A stretch of DNA of 64,000 nucleotides from Deltaproteobacteria bacterium (GCA_038150265.1 JAYOTF010000001.1:3071-67070); one strand, 5' to 3'; shown: positions 20,656 through 30,311, counted from the first letter of the stretch. Numbers and translations are program-made. The notes: a model not told the origin generated them from the letters alone.

Positions 20656-23283
20656 TCAGCTGAGGCGCTGCTGAGCCAGTTCCGGAGCCTGCTTGAGGAC
20701 CTCCGGGAGCTTGTCGACGGCTTTGATGCCGGCTTGTGCCATCTGCGGCTTGCCGCCGCCTCGTCCATCAGCCAAAGCGGCCACGGCATTGACCAGGTCT
20801 CCCGCCTTGAGGCCCTGCTTGACGAGGTCATCGGTCACCACACAAATCAGGGCGCCCTTGCCGTCCAGCGTCACTCCCAGCCAGGCAATGCCAGACCCCA
20901 GCTGCTCGCGGATGCTGCTTCCCAGGTCCCGGAAGGTCTCCATTGAGTCCACATCGACCATCTCGGCCAGCACCTTCACCCCCGCAATCTCCTGAGCCCG
21001 TTCCAGCAGGCTTCCGAGGTTGCCCCGCGCGGCTTCCTTGCGCAACTGCTGCAGCTCGCGCTCCAGCTGACGCTTTTCCTCCATCAGCTTCTCGACAGAA
21101 GGCGCAATCTGCTCTTCCGGAAGATTCAGGAGCTGACGCAGGTTGCCCACGACCTTCCCCTGATGCCGGGAAAGCGTCTCGGCCTGCTCCCCGGTGACTG
21201 CCGTGATGCGGCGCACACCGGCGGCAATGGCGCCTTCGGACGTGATTCGGAACTGCCCGATCTGCCCGGTGGCCTGCACGTGGCAGCCGCCACACAGCTC
21301 CCGGGAAAACGTTCCCACTTCCACCACGCGCACAACGTCGCCGTACTTCTCGCCAAACATGGCCTTGATGCCGGAGTCAATCGCTTGCTGGTACGGGGAC
21401 TCGAAGATGTGCGACGCAATGTTTTCCCGGATTTTTTGATTGACGATACGCTCAATCGTTTCGAGCTGATCGTCGCTGACCTTCTCAAAGTGCGTGAAGT
21501 CAAAACGCAGGTACTCCGGGTGGACAATGGAGCCCGCCTGGCTGATGTGGTCCCCGAGCACTTCCTGCATGGCGGCATACATCAGGTGGGTGGCGGTGTG
21601 GTTGTTCGTTGCCTGAATCCGGGCGTCTTGATTGATCACGGCACGCGCTGGAGACGCGTCCGGAGTGCCGCCACCGGTGCAGATGTGAACAATGGCGTCG
21701 CCCTGCTTCTGCACATCCACGACCGTCCAGGCACGCTCGCCCTGGGTGATGGTGCCCCGGTCGGCCACCTGACCTCCGGACTCGGCATAAAAGGGCGTCT
21801 GGTCGAGGATCAGCATCCAGCGCTCGTCGGCGTCTTGCGTGTAACGGCGGATGGTCACGTCGGCTTCAAACTCGCTGTAGCCGATGAAGCGCGAGTCCAC
21901 CCCGGGGGTGACCTCGGTCCACTTCTCCAGCGTCAGCTTGAACTTCCCGGCCTCGCGGGCACGGGTCCGCTGTGCGTCCATGTGCTGCTCAAACCCCGCT
22001 TCATCGACAGACAGCTGACGCTCCTCACACATCAGGCGGGTCAGGTCCACCGGAAAGCCATAGGTGTCGTAGAGCTTGAATGCATCTTCGCCTGAAAGCG
22101 TCTGGGATTTCCGTGTTTCCGGAGTGGCGACCATCTGCTCGAAGATCTCCAGCCCCCGATCCAACGTGTGCCCAAAGCTCGTTTCCTCCGACTCAATCAC
22201 GCCCATCACATGGAGCTGCTGCGACTGAATCTCCGGGAACGCCTCGCCCATGACGTCTGCCAGCGTTGGGACCAGCTTGTAGATGAACGGCTCATGCATG
22301 CCCAGCACGCGACCAAAGCGAGTGGCTCGCCGGAGCATGCGGCGGAGGACGTATCCCCGCCCCTCGTTTGAGGGAATTGCTCCATCGGCGACCGCAAAGC
22401 TGACCGCCCGGAGGTGGTCGGCAATCACTCGGAAGGCCACCCCCACTTCACCGCCCGAATCCGGAACCCCGGTCACGTCGTGGATCTTTGCGAGGATCGG
22501 GGTGAAGAGGTCCGTGGCATAATTCGAATCCACCCCCTGCAGCACCCGGCAAACGCGCTCCAGGCCCATTCCGGTGTCCACGTGTTTGGCCGGAAGCGGC
22601 TCCAGGTGCCCGTCCGGGAAGCGCTGGAACTGCATGAAGACGAGGTTCCACAGCTCCACAAAGCGCCAGCAGCCGTCTTGATTGACGCGGCACTCGTGCT
22701 GTTCCGAAAGCGGGCAGGTGCCCTCACCGAGGTCGATGTGCAGCTCGGAGCATGGACCACAGGGGCCGACGTCTCCCATTTCCCAAAAGTTGTCCTTCTT
22801 GTCAAAGCGCTGCACCTGATCCGGGTTGATCTCGGTCACCTGCTTCCACAGGTTCTCGGCTTCTTCATCCGGAGGAACGCCGTCGCCGCCTTCAAAGACA
22901 GTGGCCCACAGCTTGTCCTTCGGCAGGCCCCAGACCTGGGTCGACAGCTCCCAGGCCCAGCGGATGGCGTCTTCCTTGAAGTAGTCGCCGAACGACCAGT
23001 TCCCCAGCATCTCGAAGAAGGTGTGGTGGTAGTTGTCTCGCCCGACGTCTTCGAGGTCATTGTGCTTGCCAGAAGCCCGGATGCACTTCTGCGAGTTGGC
23101 CGCGCGGTTGTAGTCGCGCTTGCCGGTGCCGAGGAAGATGTCCTTGAACTGCGCCATTCCGGAGTTGGTGAAGAGCAGGGTCGGGTCATCCTTGGGCGCA
23201 ACAGGGGCGCTCCGGACGAAGCGGTGACCGCGTTGCTCAAAGAACTCAATGAACTCTTGGCGAATCTGCTGCGACGTCTTCAT
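20656..23283 (-). CDS. alaS: alanine--tRNA ligase
   Basis: DPTLLFTNSGM, HHTFFEMLGNWSFGDYFK, DTGMGLER, editing motifs HTATH and ELCGGCH, C-terminal GGGKPQMAQAG. Confidence 0.98.
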   Translation of the reverse strand: MKTSQQIRQEFIEFFEQRGHRFVRSAPVAPKDDPTLLFTNSGMAQFKDIFLGTGKRDYNRAANSQKCIRASGKHNDLEDVGRDNYHHTFFEMLGNWSFGDYFKEDAIRWAWELSTQVWGLPKDKLWATVFEGGDGVPPDEEAENLWKQVTEINPDQVQRFDKKDNFWEMGDVGPCGPCSELHIDLGEGTCPLSEQHECRVNQDGCWRFVELWNLVFMQFQRFPDGHLEPLPAKHVDTGMGLERVCRVLQGVDSNYATDLFTPILAKIHDVTGVPDSGGEVGVAFRVIADHLRAVSFAVADGAIPSNEGRGYVLRRMLRRATRFGRVLGMHEPFIYKLVPTLADVMGEAFPEIQSQQLHVMGVIESEETSFGHTLDRGLEIFEQMVATPETRKSQTLSGEDAFKLYDTYGFPVDLTRLMCEERQLSVDEAGFEQHMDAQRTRAREAGKFKLTLEKWTEVTPGVDSRFIGYSEFEADVTIRRYTQDADERWMLILDQTPFYAESGGQVADRGTITQGERAWTVVDVQKQGDAIVHICTGGGTPDASPARAVINQDARIQATNNHTATHLMYAAMQEVLGDHISQAGSIVHPEYLRFDFTHFEKVSDDQLETIERIVNQKIRENIASHIFESPYQQAIDSGIKAMFGEKYGDVVRVVEVGTFSRELCGGCHVQATGQIGQFRITSEGAIAAGVRRITAVTGEQAETLSRHQGKVVGNLRQLLNLPEEQIAPSVEKLMEEKRQLERELQQLRKEAARGNLGSLLERAQEIAGVKVLAEMVDVDSMETFRDLGSSIREQLGSGIAWLGVTLDGKGALICVVTDDLVKQGLKAGDLVNAVAALADGRGGGKPQMAQAGIKAVDKLPEVLKQAPELAQQRLS

Positions 23284-23365
23284 GACAAACGGATGGGCGT
23301 GGGGTTGGGGTCAACGAAGGTGCGGGGGTGCCGGCTCGAGGAGCCGGCGGACTGGAAGCGTGCGG

Positions 23366-23980
23366 TTAGCCGCGCGCCATGAACTCGACCACCAGGTGGT
23401 CTTCCACTTGAATCGGGATCTCTTCCCGCTCCGGGATGCGGATCAGCTTGCCGGAAAGCTGCTTGGCGTCACGCTCCACGTAGTCGAGCTTCTGCTCAAA
23501 GAACCCGAACCAGTTCTTGTAGGTCTCAACGCCCTTGCTCTTCTCGCGCAGCGTCACCACGTCTCCCGGGCGCACTTCCAGGCCGGGCTTGGCGGCCTTC
23601 TTGCCGTTGAGGAGGATGTGCCCGTGCACCACCATCTGCCGAGACGCGCGCAGGGTTCCTGCGAAGCCCATGCGGTAGACCATGTTGTCCAGACGGGTCT
23701 CCATGATCTGAATCAGGGCGATGTTGGTCTGGACCTTCGAGCGAGACGCACGGTCGTAGTAGCGGCGGAGCTGCTTCTTGCTGATGCCGTAAAACAGCTT
23801 CAGCTTCTGAGTCTCCTGCAGCTGCAGACCGAACGGGGACACCTTCTGGCGCCGGTTTGCGCCATGCTGTCCCGGACGGTTGGGCCGGCGGCTCAGGGTG
23901 AGGGCCGCACTGGGGCTCCCGATGATGTTGACCCCGAGTGCTCGACAGGCCTTATGCTTGATCGTTGATTTTCCTGGCAT
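23366..23980 (-). CDS. rpsD: 30S ribosomal protein S4 (stand-alone, no Zn-ribbon CxxC)
   Basis: PGQHG, QLQETQKLK..YG, ETRLDNMVYRMGF, ASRQMVVHGH, VVEFM. Confidence 0.95.
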   Translation of the reverse strand: MPGKSTIKHKACRALGVNIIGSPSAALTLSRRPNRPGQHGANRRQKVSPFGLQLQETQKLKLFYGISKKQLRRYYDRASRSKVQTNIALIQIMETRLDNMVYRMGFAGTLRASRQMVVHGHILLNGKKAAKPGLEVRPGDVVTLREKSKGVETYKNWFGFFEQKLDYVERDAKQLSGKLIRIPEREEIPIQVEDHLVVEFMARG

Positions 23981-23999
23981 TTTGTCTCAATTCCATTCA

Positions 24000-24094
24000 G
24001 ATGGCATCTGCAGGCTGTAGAAAGACGGAGGGAGGTTCCCTCAGCGTGGCTACGGCCCTTCCGCCCTGACAGTGCGTCCGGAGGGGATGCCATC
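24000..24094 (-). ncRNA. candidate structured rpsD 5' leader (possible S4 autoregulatory element)
   Basis: 9-bp long-range stem GATGGCATC/GATGCCATC enclosing GCCGTAGCCACGCTGAGGG within a roughly 160-nt untranslated leader. Confidence 0.45.
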
Positions 24095-24144
24095 CCATAA
24101 ATGGGCCTGACCCTGTGGTCGCAGAAGGAGGAAGGAAACGGTAA

Positions 24145-24173
24145 AGAATAGCTGGCGTTGGGGGAACAATCAA
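24145..24173 (-). promoter_or_regulatory. sigma70 promoter for rpsD
   Basis: Minus strand reads TTGATT-N17-TATTCT. Confidence 0.65.
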
Positions 24174-24203
24174 CGCTTATTTGGAGGCGGTTCGGGAAAA
24201 GCG

Positions 24204-24587
24204 CTAGGCGCGCAGGAGGGGCGCCACAGCCACCTGGAGGTCTTCCACGCTGAAGGGCTTGCCAAGGAAGGCGTTTCCACCCGCCTCCCGGACCTCATCT
24301 TCCACCTTCGTGGAGTGCTCAGCCGTGATGATCAGCACCGGAATCGTTGCAATCTCGGGCACCTGACGCAGCTGGCGGACAAACTCCACGCCGTCCATCC
24401 GGGGCATCTGCAAATCAGACACGATCAGGTCCACCTTGGACTGCTTCGCCACTTCCAACGCCTGCTCTCCATCTTCGGCCTCCAAAAAATTCTGGAACCC
24501 CAGGTCCTCAAGCATTTTGATCAGAAGGTGACGCATGAATCGGTAGTCATCAACGACCATCACAGTTGCGTCGGGAAAGCTGGGCAT
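24204..24587 (-). CDS. single-domain CheY-like response regulator
   Basis: VMVVDD, EAEDG, IVSDLQMPRMDG, IITAE, FLGKPF. Confidence 0.9.
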   Translation of the reverse strand: MPSFPDATVMVVDDYRFMRHLLIKMLEDLGFQNFLEAEDGEQALEVAKQSKVDLIVSDLQMPRMDGVEFVRQLRQVPEIATIPVLIITAEHSTKVEDEVREAGGNAFLGKPFSVEDLQVAVAPLLRA

Positions 24588-24718
24588 TTACTGTTTTGGG
24601 GAATGGCTGGAGAATTCCCTCGATTTTTTCGAGGGGGAACCTATGTTAATTCGTAATAGAACCTGATGAAGAGACAAGGTCAATTCATATCCGCCCTCAA
24701 ATTAACCCACAAGGAACC

Positions 24719-25279
24719 GTGTACGAAACATCTGACATCCGCAAAGGCCTCCGCATTGAAATGGACAACGAGCCTTATGCCATCATTGACTTTCAATTCG
24801 TCAAGCCCGGCAAAGGGAACGCCTTCACCCGAACCAAAATCCGGAACCTGATCACCGGCTCGGTTCTGGAACGGACCTTCAAGACGGGCGAAAAGCTGAC
24901 CCCTGCGGACATGGAAGATCGGGACATGCAGTTCCTTTACAACGACGGCAGCTTCCACTTCATGGACACCCGCAACTACGACCAGGTGGCCCTGGAAGCC
25001 GACATGGTTGGAGACGCCGCCCACTACCTGCTGGAAAACATGGAAGTCAACGTGGGCTTCTACAAGGGCCGGGCCGTCAGCCTCGTGCTTCCGAATTTTG
25101 TGAACCTCGAAGTCGTGGAAACGGCTCCGGGCGAAAAGGGCAACACCGTCACCGGTGCGTCCAAGCCGGCAACGCTCTCCACGGGCTACGAAGTGAACGT
25201 TCCGCTCTTCATCAACACAGGTGACCTGCTCCGAGTCGACACACGGACCGGAGAGTACGTTGAGCGCGTCAAGAGCTAA
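24719..25279 (+). CDS. efp: translation elongation factor P
   Basis: FQFVKPGKGNAF loop (Lys at the tip), VPLFINTGD..RVDTRTGEY; GTG start with AAGGA RBS. Confidence 0.97.
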   Translation: MYETSDIRKGLRIEMDNEPYAIIDFQFVKPGKGNAFTRTKIRNLITGSVLERTFKTGEKLTPADMEDRDMQFLYNDGSFHFMDTRNYDQVALEADMVGDAAHYLLENMEVNVGFYKGRAVSLVLPNFVNLEVVETAPGEKGNTVTGASKPATLSTGYEVNVPLFINTGDLLRVDTRTGEYVERVKS

Positions 25280-25305
25280 TCCTCTGTCCCCCGGGTAATC
25301 CAGCA

Positions 25306-28300
25306 GTGCAGGCCGACAATCCGGGGGCACCCTCCGCCCCTTCCTCACCTCAAGCCCTTCAGGTCCGGCAGTGGAAGCGACTGGTCGCCCTCTACCGCCA
25401 GCTTCCTTCCAGTCCGTGGAACCCGGAGGCCCAGCAGGCGCTGCGTCAGGTCTTCAAACGCCTGCAGAGCCACCGCTTTCAGCAGCAACTCCAGTCCACC
25501 TACTCCGCTGAGGAGCAAGAGGCCCTGCAGGCTCAGATTCAGCAAGACGTGGCGGCCTACTGCACCCTCAACCAGGAACGCGTCCAGAGCCTGCTGGAAC
25601 TGGCCACCCCCGAACTCCGGACCTCGGTTCAGGAAGCCCTGACCCTGTTTCACTACAACCTCCCGGAGCTTCCGGAGCAGTTGGTGGAACGCACGGTCGG
25701 GTACGATGACGACGGGCACCCCATCATCGACTCCGGAAGCTTCCACCTCTTTCCAGAACACGCGCCGGCCGGCCTGGAGGGACGAAGCCGCTTCCTGCCT
25801 TCCCACTTCGAGGGACTCGAGCCACTGGCCACGTTTGAGCAGCGTGAGTACCCACCACTCGTCGCTCAGCCACCCACCGATCTGCGCATCAAGGCCATCA
25901 CCACCATCGGCAGCCTCGGCGGCATTGGGCACAAGCCCGACTCCGACATGGACGCCCAGGTGATCGTCAGCACCGACCCGGAGGTTTCGGCTCCGTGGAA
26001 CGACCTCGACTTCCTGCTCGCGTTCCTGGAGCAGGTCCTCAGCCAGGTCCGGACGGTCATCTTTCACCAGGTCCTCAATGACCACGAACGCGAACGCCTG
26101 CAGTCCCTCGCCCGCAAGGAGCTGGAAAAGCGTTATGCCGAAGGACTCCGCGAGGAAGAGCGACTGGTCCTCGAAAGCGTTCTGCCCAGCAGCTACCAGC
26201 ACCTGCTCGATCACCTCCTCTGGAAGGCGGCTCAGGCGCTGCGTCCCGGGCGGCTCCACGAGCTGATTGCCAACGAGCTGCAAGCCTCCCTGCGTCGGTA
26301 CCCGGACTTTGCCCCGTTGTTTGCACCCGTGGTCTGTGTGCTCTTCCCCTTCCTCACCAAGTGGAACCCCAGCGACTTCCAGGCCAATTGCTTTCCGTTT
26401 GCCGGCACCCTGGCGCACCCCAAGGTGCTTCCGGTGCAGCTGGCCCGCTTTTATCGCCGCAACACCCTGGGGTCGAAGCAGTCCCTGAGGCTGCTTTCAG
26501 AGTGGGCTGAGCAGCAAGGGCAGCTGCTGAACGAGATCCCGATGGCCGAGCAGGACGGCTTCCTCTGGGAGCACTTCAAGCAGAACCCGCAGTGGCCCTC
26601 TGTGCTCAAGCAATTCCTGGAAACCCTTTCCGAGCACCTGAGCCTTGCAGAACTCAAGGACCTCCCCTCAGGCGTTGCAGCCCTGCAGCGCCTGCTTCCG
26701 GATCATCCGCAGCTTCCGGACCTGCTTGCCGTGGCTCCCTTCCGGCAGCAGGTGGCCCAGCGCTTCCGGACCCGCATGGCCGAGCTGGTGGAGGCGCACC
26801 GCAACCAGGCCGCTCAGGGGCTTGAGGCACAAGTCGAGTACCCGCTGCACCTGAAGACTCAGCAGGTGGAGGCTTTTTTGGAAAAGAAGCACCCAGAGGT
26901 TGAGACGCACTTCTTCCGGAACCTGCTCCGCCGCATGCGAGCAGGCGAGCACACGCCGTTCCTCGTCTCGCCCGAAGGCAGCCTCGCCTACTCGCACCTG
27001 CTGAACGACTTCCTCCTCAACCCAGCCGTGATGCTCGGAGGCGTGCCTCCCCTTCCGTTTGACCTGCCGGACGACTTCCGAACCCTGGTCGCTGCCGGCG
27101 TGTTCGATGAATCGGCCTGGCAGGTTCCTGACCCGCACAATCCACGAGAACGGTGGCGCCTCAATCAGCTCCCGGACTGGGGCAGTGTTCTCATTCCCCG
27201 CGAGCTGTTCCTGGAACACATCGTCCCCATCTTCCTCCGGGAGAGCGAAAAGGTCAGCCACCGCAACCTCCCCAAGGCCCTCCTCAACTGCTGGTGGGTT
27301 GAGATGCTCTGCCTGGAAGATCGCCCCCAGCTGACCAGCCTCACACGCCTGCTCCTTCATCCGGAACAGCGCGCCTCTGCCGAAGAAGAACTCCGGGATC
27401 CGGACTCGGTCCGGCTGCTGGAAATTGAAGAGCTCTTCCCGCCGCTGGTCCGGGATCCGTGGTGGATCAAGTTTACCGAAATGCTCCTGCGTTCAGCAGA
27501 CCTGAGCACCCGGAAGGACCTGATCTTCTGCTTTGCCCAGCACATGCGCCTCAGTGATGTCATCGACGCTGAAGGGCACCCGCTCTTCATTCAGCCCGAA
27601 GAGCCCTGGCGCCGGCATGCCCTGTCCAAGTTCTATCAGCTCTTCTTCCGAGACGAGGGCTTCCGGCTGGAGCTGGCACGCTTTGCTCAGGGACGCGATG
27701 ACACCGCCTCGCAGTGGGAAGAACGCCTCAAGAACCTCTTCCTCCAGTCCCTGCGGCGGGTGGAGACTTTGATTTGCCATATCAGCAGTGAACAGGCGAC
27801 GGCTCAGGTTTCCGAGTACCTCCAGAGCTGCAGCGCCACGCCCCTGGATCATGAGGAACTGCACGCGCTCCTTGACCCACTGATGCTGCAGGTCCACCAG
27901 CGGGTGGCCATTGAAGACCGGCGCATCCTCAGCAAGATCCGACAAAAGGAGCCCCTCACACCGCTGGAGCGCCTTCAGGCCAGGCACCTGCACAGCGACT
28001 TCCTCCGGGTCCGGAAGGTCGTCCAGGAAATTGCCGATCACTTCAGCGATCTGCCCCTCAACTCCGGAAAGCTGGAGCAGCTCATTACAGGCGCCAAGGT
28101 CCGGGTTGGAGGCGACACCAACGAGAACGTCATCTTCCGTCACCACTTTGAGCGCAACTTCTCCCGGAAGCAGTTTCAGATTCCCCAGCCCATCGCCAAG
28201 AGCCTGAGCATCCCGCGTCCGGGCATTCTGATTCAGTATGCCCCGCAGGAAGGCTGCTGGAGCTTCTTCTCGCGCCTTCAGCGTCGGGATGCCGGACGGG

Positions 28301-29112
28301 ACCACACGCTGCTGATGTTTCAGGAACCGCTGGCCCAGGGCATCGCCCGCTGCGTCTTCAGCGGCTACGTCGGGTTTGGCAGCCGCAACCGCACGGCCTT
28401 CCAGAAGGATCCTTCGCCCGCCCGGGACCCACAGGCGCAGAACCCGTTTGGTCCGGATGACGTGGCGGCGCTTGCGCTTCGGCTCAAGGAAGCCTTCCCT
28501 CCGATGCGGCTCCGGCCCCGCGAGCTACTGGCGCAGCAGCACTACATCCGGGAGCTGTTTCTTGCCGGAAACGTCAACCAGCATGGCACCTGGACCCTGC
28601 TGGTTCGGGATAACCTCAGCGAGTGGTTTGCCATCGACTTCGCCATGCCCGAACCACGCGCCTCTCGACGGGAAGAGGTGCGGCGCTCGCCCCTCGCCTT
28701 TTTTGAGTGGATGAACGCCACGGCGACCCGGCAGCGTTTTCAGGAGACCCTTGCCCAACTCGCGATTCCCCTGGATGCCGACCGGCTGCAGACCTACGAA
28801 ATCTGGCTCAACCCCCGAAGCTTTGAGCTTGCGATCAACCCGGCTTACCGAGGCCTCTACCTCTCGGCCATTGCTGCCCAGATCTGGCCAGCTCAAGGAG
28901 GGCATGCCCCCTGGTCCGACCCGGCTCGCCCTCGACTCCTTGATCACTGGCGAACCTGGGGGCAGCAAGGCATTGAAGCCCACCACAAGGCCCAGGAGGA
29001 AAACCGGCGCAAGCAGCAAAAGCGCATCGCCCGCATCCGGAAGCTCAATGACGCCTACATGGAGAAAATTGCGGCCGAACTCAAGGAACGCGAGCGGGAG
29101 CGGATGCAATGA
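25306..29112 (+). CDS. divergent class I adenylate-cyclase-like nucleotidyltransferase with large insertions
   Basis: Pol-beta-type motif TIGSLGGIGHKPDSDMD plus colinear blocks resembling class I CyaA (LNQER..TLFHYNLPELP, EVETHFF, PDWG, PKALL, DPW, FCF, WRR, LQS). Compared from memory. GTG start uncertain. Confidence 0.7.
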   Translation: MQADNPGAPSAPSSPQALQVRQWKRLVALYRQLPSSPWNPEAQQALRQVFKRLQSHRFQQQLQSTYSAEEQEALQAQIQQDVAAYCTLNQERVQSLLELATPELRTSVQEALTLFHYNLPELPEQLVERTVGYDDDGHPIIDSGSFHLFPEHAPAGLEGRSRFLPSHFEGLEPLATFEQREYPPLVAQPPTDLRIKAITTIGSLGGIGHKPDSDMDAQVIVSTDPEVSAPWNDLDFLLAFLEQVLSQVRTVIFHQVLNDHERERLQSLARKELEKRYAEGLREEERLVLESVLPSSYQHLLDHLLWKAAQALRPGRLHELIANELQASLRRYPDFAPLFAPVVCVLFPFLTKWNPSDFQANCFPFAGTLAHPKVLPVQLARFYRRNTLGSKQSLRLLSEWAEQQGQLLNEIPMAEQDGFLWEHFKQNPQWPSVLKQFLETLSEHLSLAELKDLPSGVAALQRLLPDHPQLPDLLAVAPFRQQVAQRFRTRMAELVEAHRNQAAQGLEAQVEYPLHLKTQQVEAFLEKKHPEVETHFFRNLLRRMRAGEHTPFLVSPEGSLAYSHLLNDFLLNPAVMLGGVPPLPFDLPDDFRTLVAAGVFDESAWQVPDPHNPRERWRLNQLPDWGSVLIPRELFLEHIVPIFLRESEKVSHRNLPKALLNCWWVEMLCLEDRPQLTSLTRLLLHPEQRASAEEELRDPDSVRLLEIEELFPPLVRDPWWIKFTEMLLRSADLSTRKDLIFCFAQHMRLSDVIDAEGHPLFIQPEEPWRRHALSKFYQLFFRDEGFRLELARFAQGRDDTASQWEERLKNLFLQSLRRVETLICHISSEQATAQVSEYLQSCSATPLDHEELHALLDPLMLQVHQRVAIEDRRILSKIRQKEPLTPLERLQARHLHSDFLRVRKVVQEIADHFSDLPLNSGKLEQLITGAKVRVGGDTNENVIFRHHFERNFSRKQFQIPQPIAKSLSIPRPGILIQYAPQEGCWSFFSRLQRRDAGRDHTLLMFQEPLAQGIARCVFSGYVGFGSRNRTAFQKDPSPARDPQAQNPFGPDDVAALALRLKEAFPPMRLRPRELLAQQHYIRELFLAGNVNQHGTWTLLVRDNLSEWFAIDFAMPEPRASRREEVRRSPLAFFEWMNATATRQRFQETLAQLAIPLDADRLQTYEIWLNPRSFELAINPAYRGLYLSAIAAQIWPAQGGHAPWSDPARPRLLDHWRTWGQQGIEAHHKAQEENRRKQQKRIARIRKLNDAYMEKIAAELKERERERMQ

Positions 29113-30311
29113 GCGCCGCCTGGAACACCGGCCGGGTGCTGGCCATGGATCAGTCGGTGTGGCAGGTCCTGGTTGCGGATGAACTGAAACCCGTGCCCTG
29201 CGAGTTGCCGGGCGCTGAAGGTTGGGAGCCCGGAGACCTCGTCTGCTGGAACCACGCGGAAGCCCGCCTGCTCTTTCGTCCCGACGCCTTTGACGCCTCT
29301 GGAGACGCGCTCCGGTGGCGACGCCCGGCCCAGGCACCGAGTCGCATGCACCGCCTCCGGCAACGCCAGTTGCTGCTGAATCAACTCCGGAACTGGTTTG
29401 ACGCCCAGGGATTTCTGGAGATCGAGTCTCCCATCCTGGTGCCGGCCCCCAGCCCGGAGGTTCAGTTTGAACCCGTCTCCGCTGGCTCCGATTTCCTGAT
29501 CACGTCACCCGAGTTTCAGCTGAAGCGGCTCCTGGTCGGGGGCTTCGAGCAGGTCTTTGCGTTGGTCCGTTGCTTCCGCGGACAAGAGGTCAGCCCTCGG
29601 CACAATCCCGAATTCACCCTGCTCGAGTGGTACCGGGCCCACGCGTCGCTGCAGGCCATCACGGCCGATCTGGAAGCCCTGCTGACCACGCTGCGGCAGG
29701 GCCTTCCGGAACCGGCTCTGGCGCTCGAGTCCCTGGACTGGACCCGGCCGTGGCCCCGGAAGACCGTCTCTGAGGTGTTTCGGGATTTGCTGGGAATGGA
29801 GCTGGAGCCTCCGGAGGGTCCGCTGCTCACAGCCAGTGCCCTCCGGCAAGCCGCTCAGGAAGCCGGGCACCAGACGGGCCTGGAAGGCGCCGACACCTTT
29901 GAAGAGGTCTTCTTCCGGCTTTGGGATCAGCTGGAGCCTCAGCTGGGACAAGCAGCGCCCGTTTTTGTGCACGACTGGCCCCTCCCGCTGGCCAGCCTGG
30001 CCCGTCCCTGTCCGGATCATCCCGGCTTTGCCGACCGCGTGGAGCTCTACATCCGGGGACTGGAGTTGGGAAATGGCTTCGGAGAACTGACCGACTCGCA
30101 GGAGCAGCGCCGCCGCTTTCAGCAGGATCTGCAGAATCGTGTGCAGGCCGGGCGCCCGGAGGTGCCGCTGGATGAAGCCTTCCTCGAGGCGCTGGCTCAG
30201 GGCCTGCCCCCGAGCGCCGGCATGGCTGTTGGCGTGGACCGCCTCGTCATGCTCCTCACCGGAGCGCCCCACATCCGGGACGTCCTTGCCTTTGCGTGGA
30301 ACGAGCGGTAA
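29109..30311 (+). CDS. epmA: EF-P lysine aminoacylase (LysRS-like, GenX/PoxA)
   Basis: LITSPEFQLKRLL, CFR..E.SPRHNPEFTLLEWYR, GLELGNGFGELTD, GMAVGVDRL; no anticodon-binding domain; near efp. Confidence 0.92.
   Translation: MSAAWNTGRVLAMDQSVWQVLVADELKPVPCELPGAEGWEPGDLVCWNHAEARLLFRPDAFDASGDALRWRRPAQAPSRMHRLRQRQLLLNQLRNWFDAQGFLEIESPILVPAPSPEVQFEPVSAGSDFLITSPEFQLKRLLVGGFEQVFALVRCFRGQEVSPRHNPEFTLLEWYRAHASLQAITADLEALLTTLRQGLPEPALALESLDWTRPWPRKTVSEVFRDLLGMELEPPEGPLLTASALRQAAQEAGHQTGLEGADTFEEVFFRLWDQLEPQLGQAAPVFVHDWPLPLASLARPCPDHPGFADRVELYIRGLELGNGFGELTDSQEQRRRFQQDLQNRVQAGRPEVPLDEAFLEALAQGLPPSAGMAVGVDRLVMLLTGAPHIRDVLAFAWNER

Noticed and set aside
25306..29112. CBASS CD-NTase or other anti-phage nucleotidyltransferase system
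   Set aside because: No effector or ancillary defence genes nearby, housekeeping context, and similarity to class I cyclases extends along the whole protein.
29109..30311. Lysyl-tRNA synthetase
   Set aside because: Lacks the anticodon-binding domain, has EpmA-type motifs and lies near efp.
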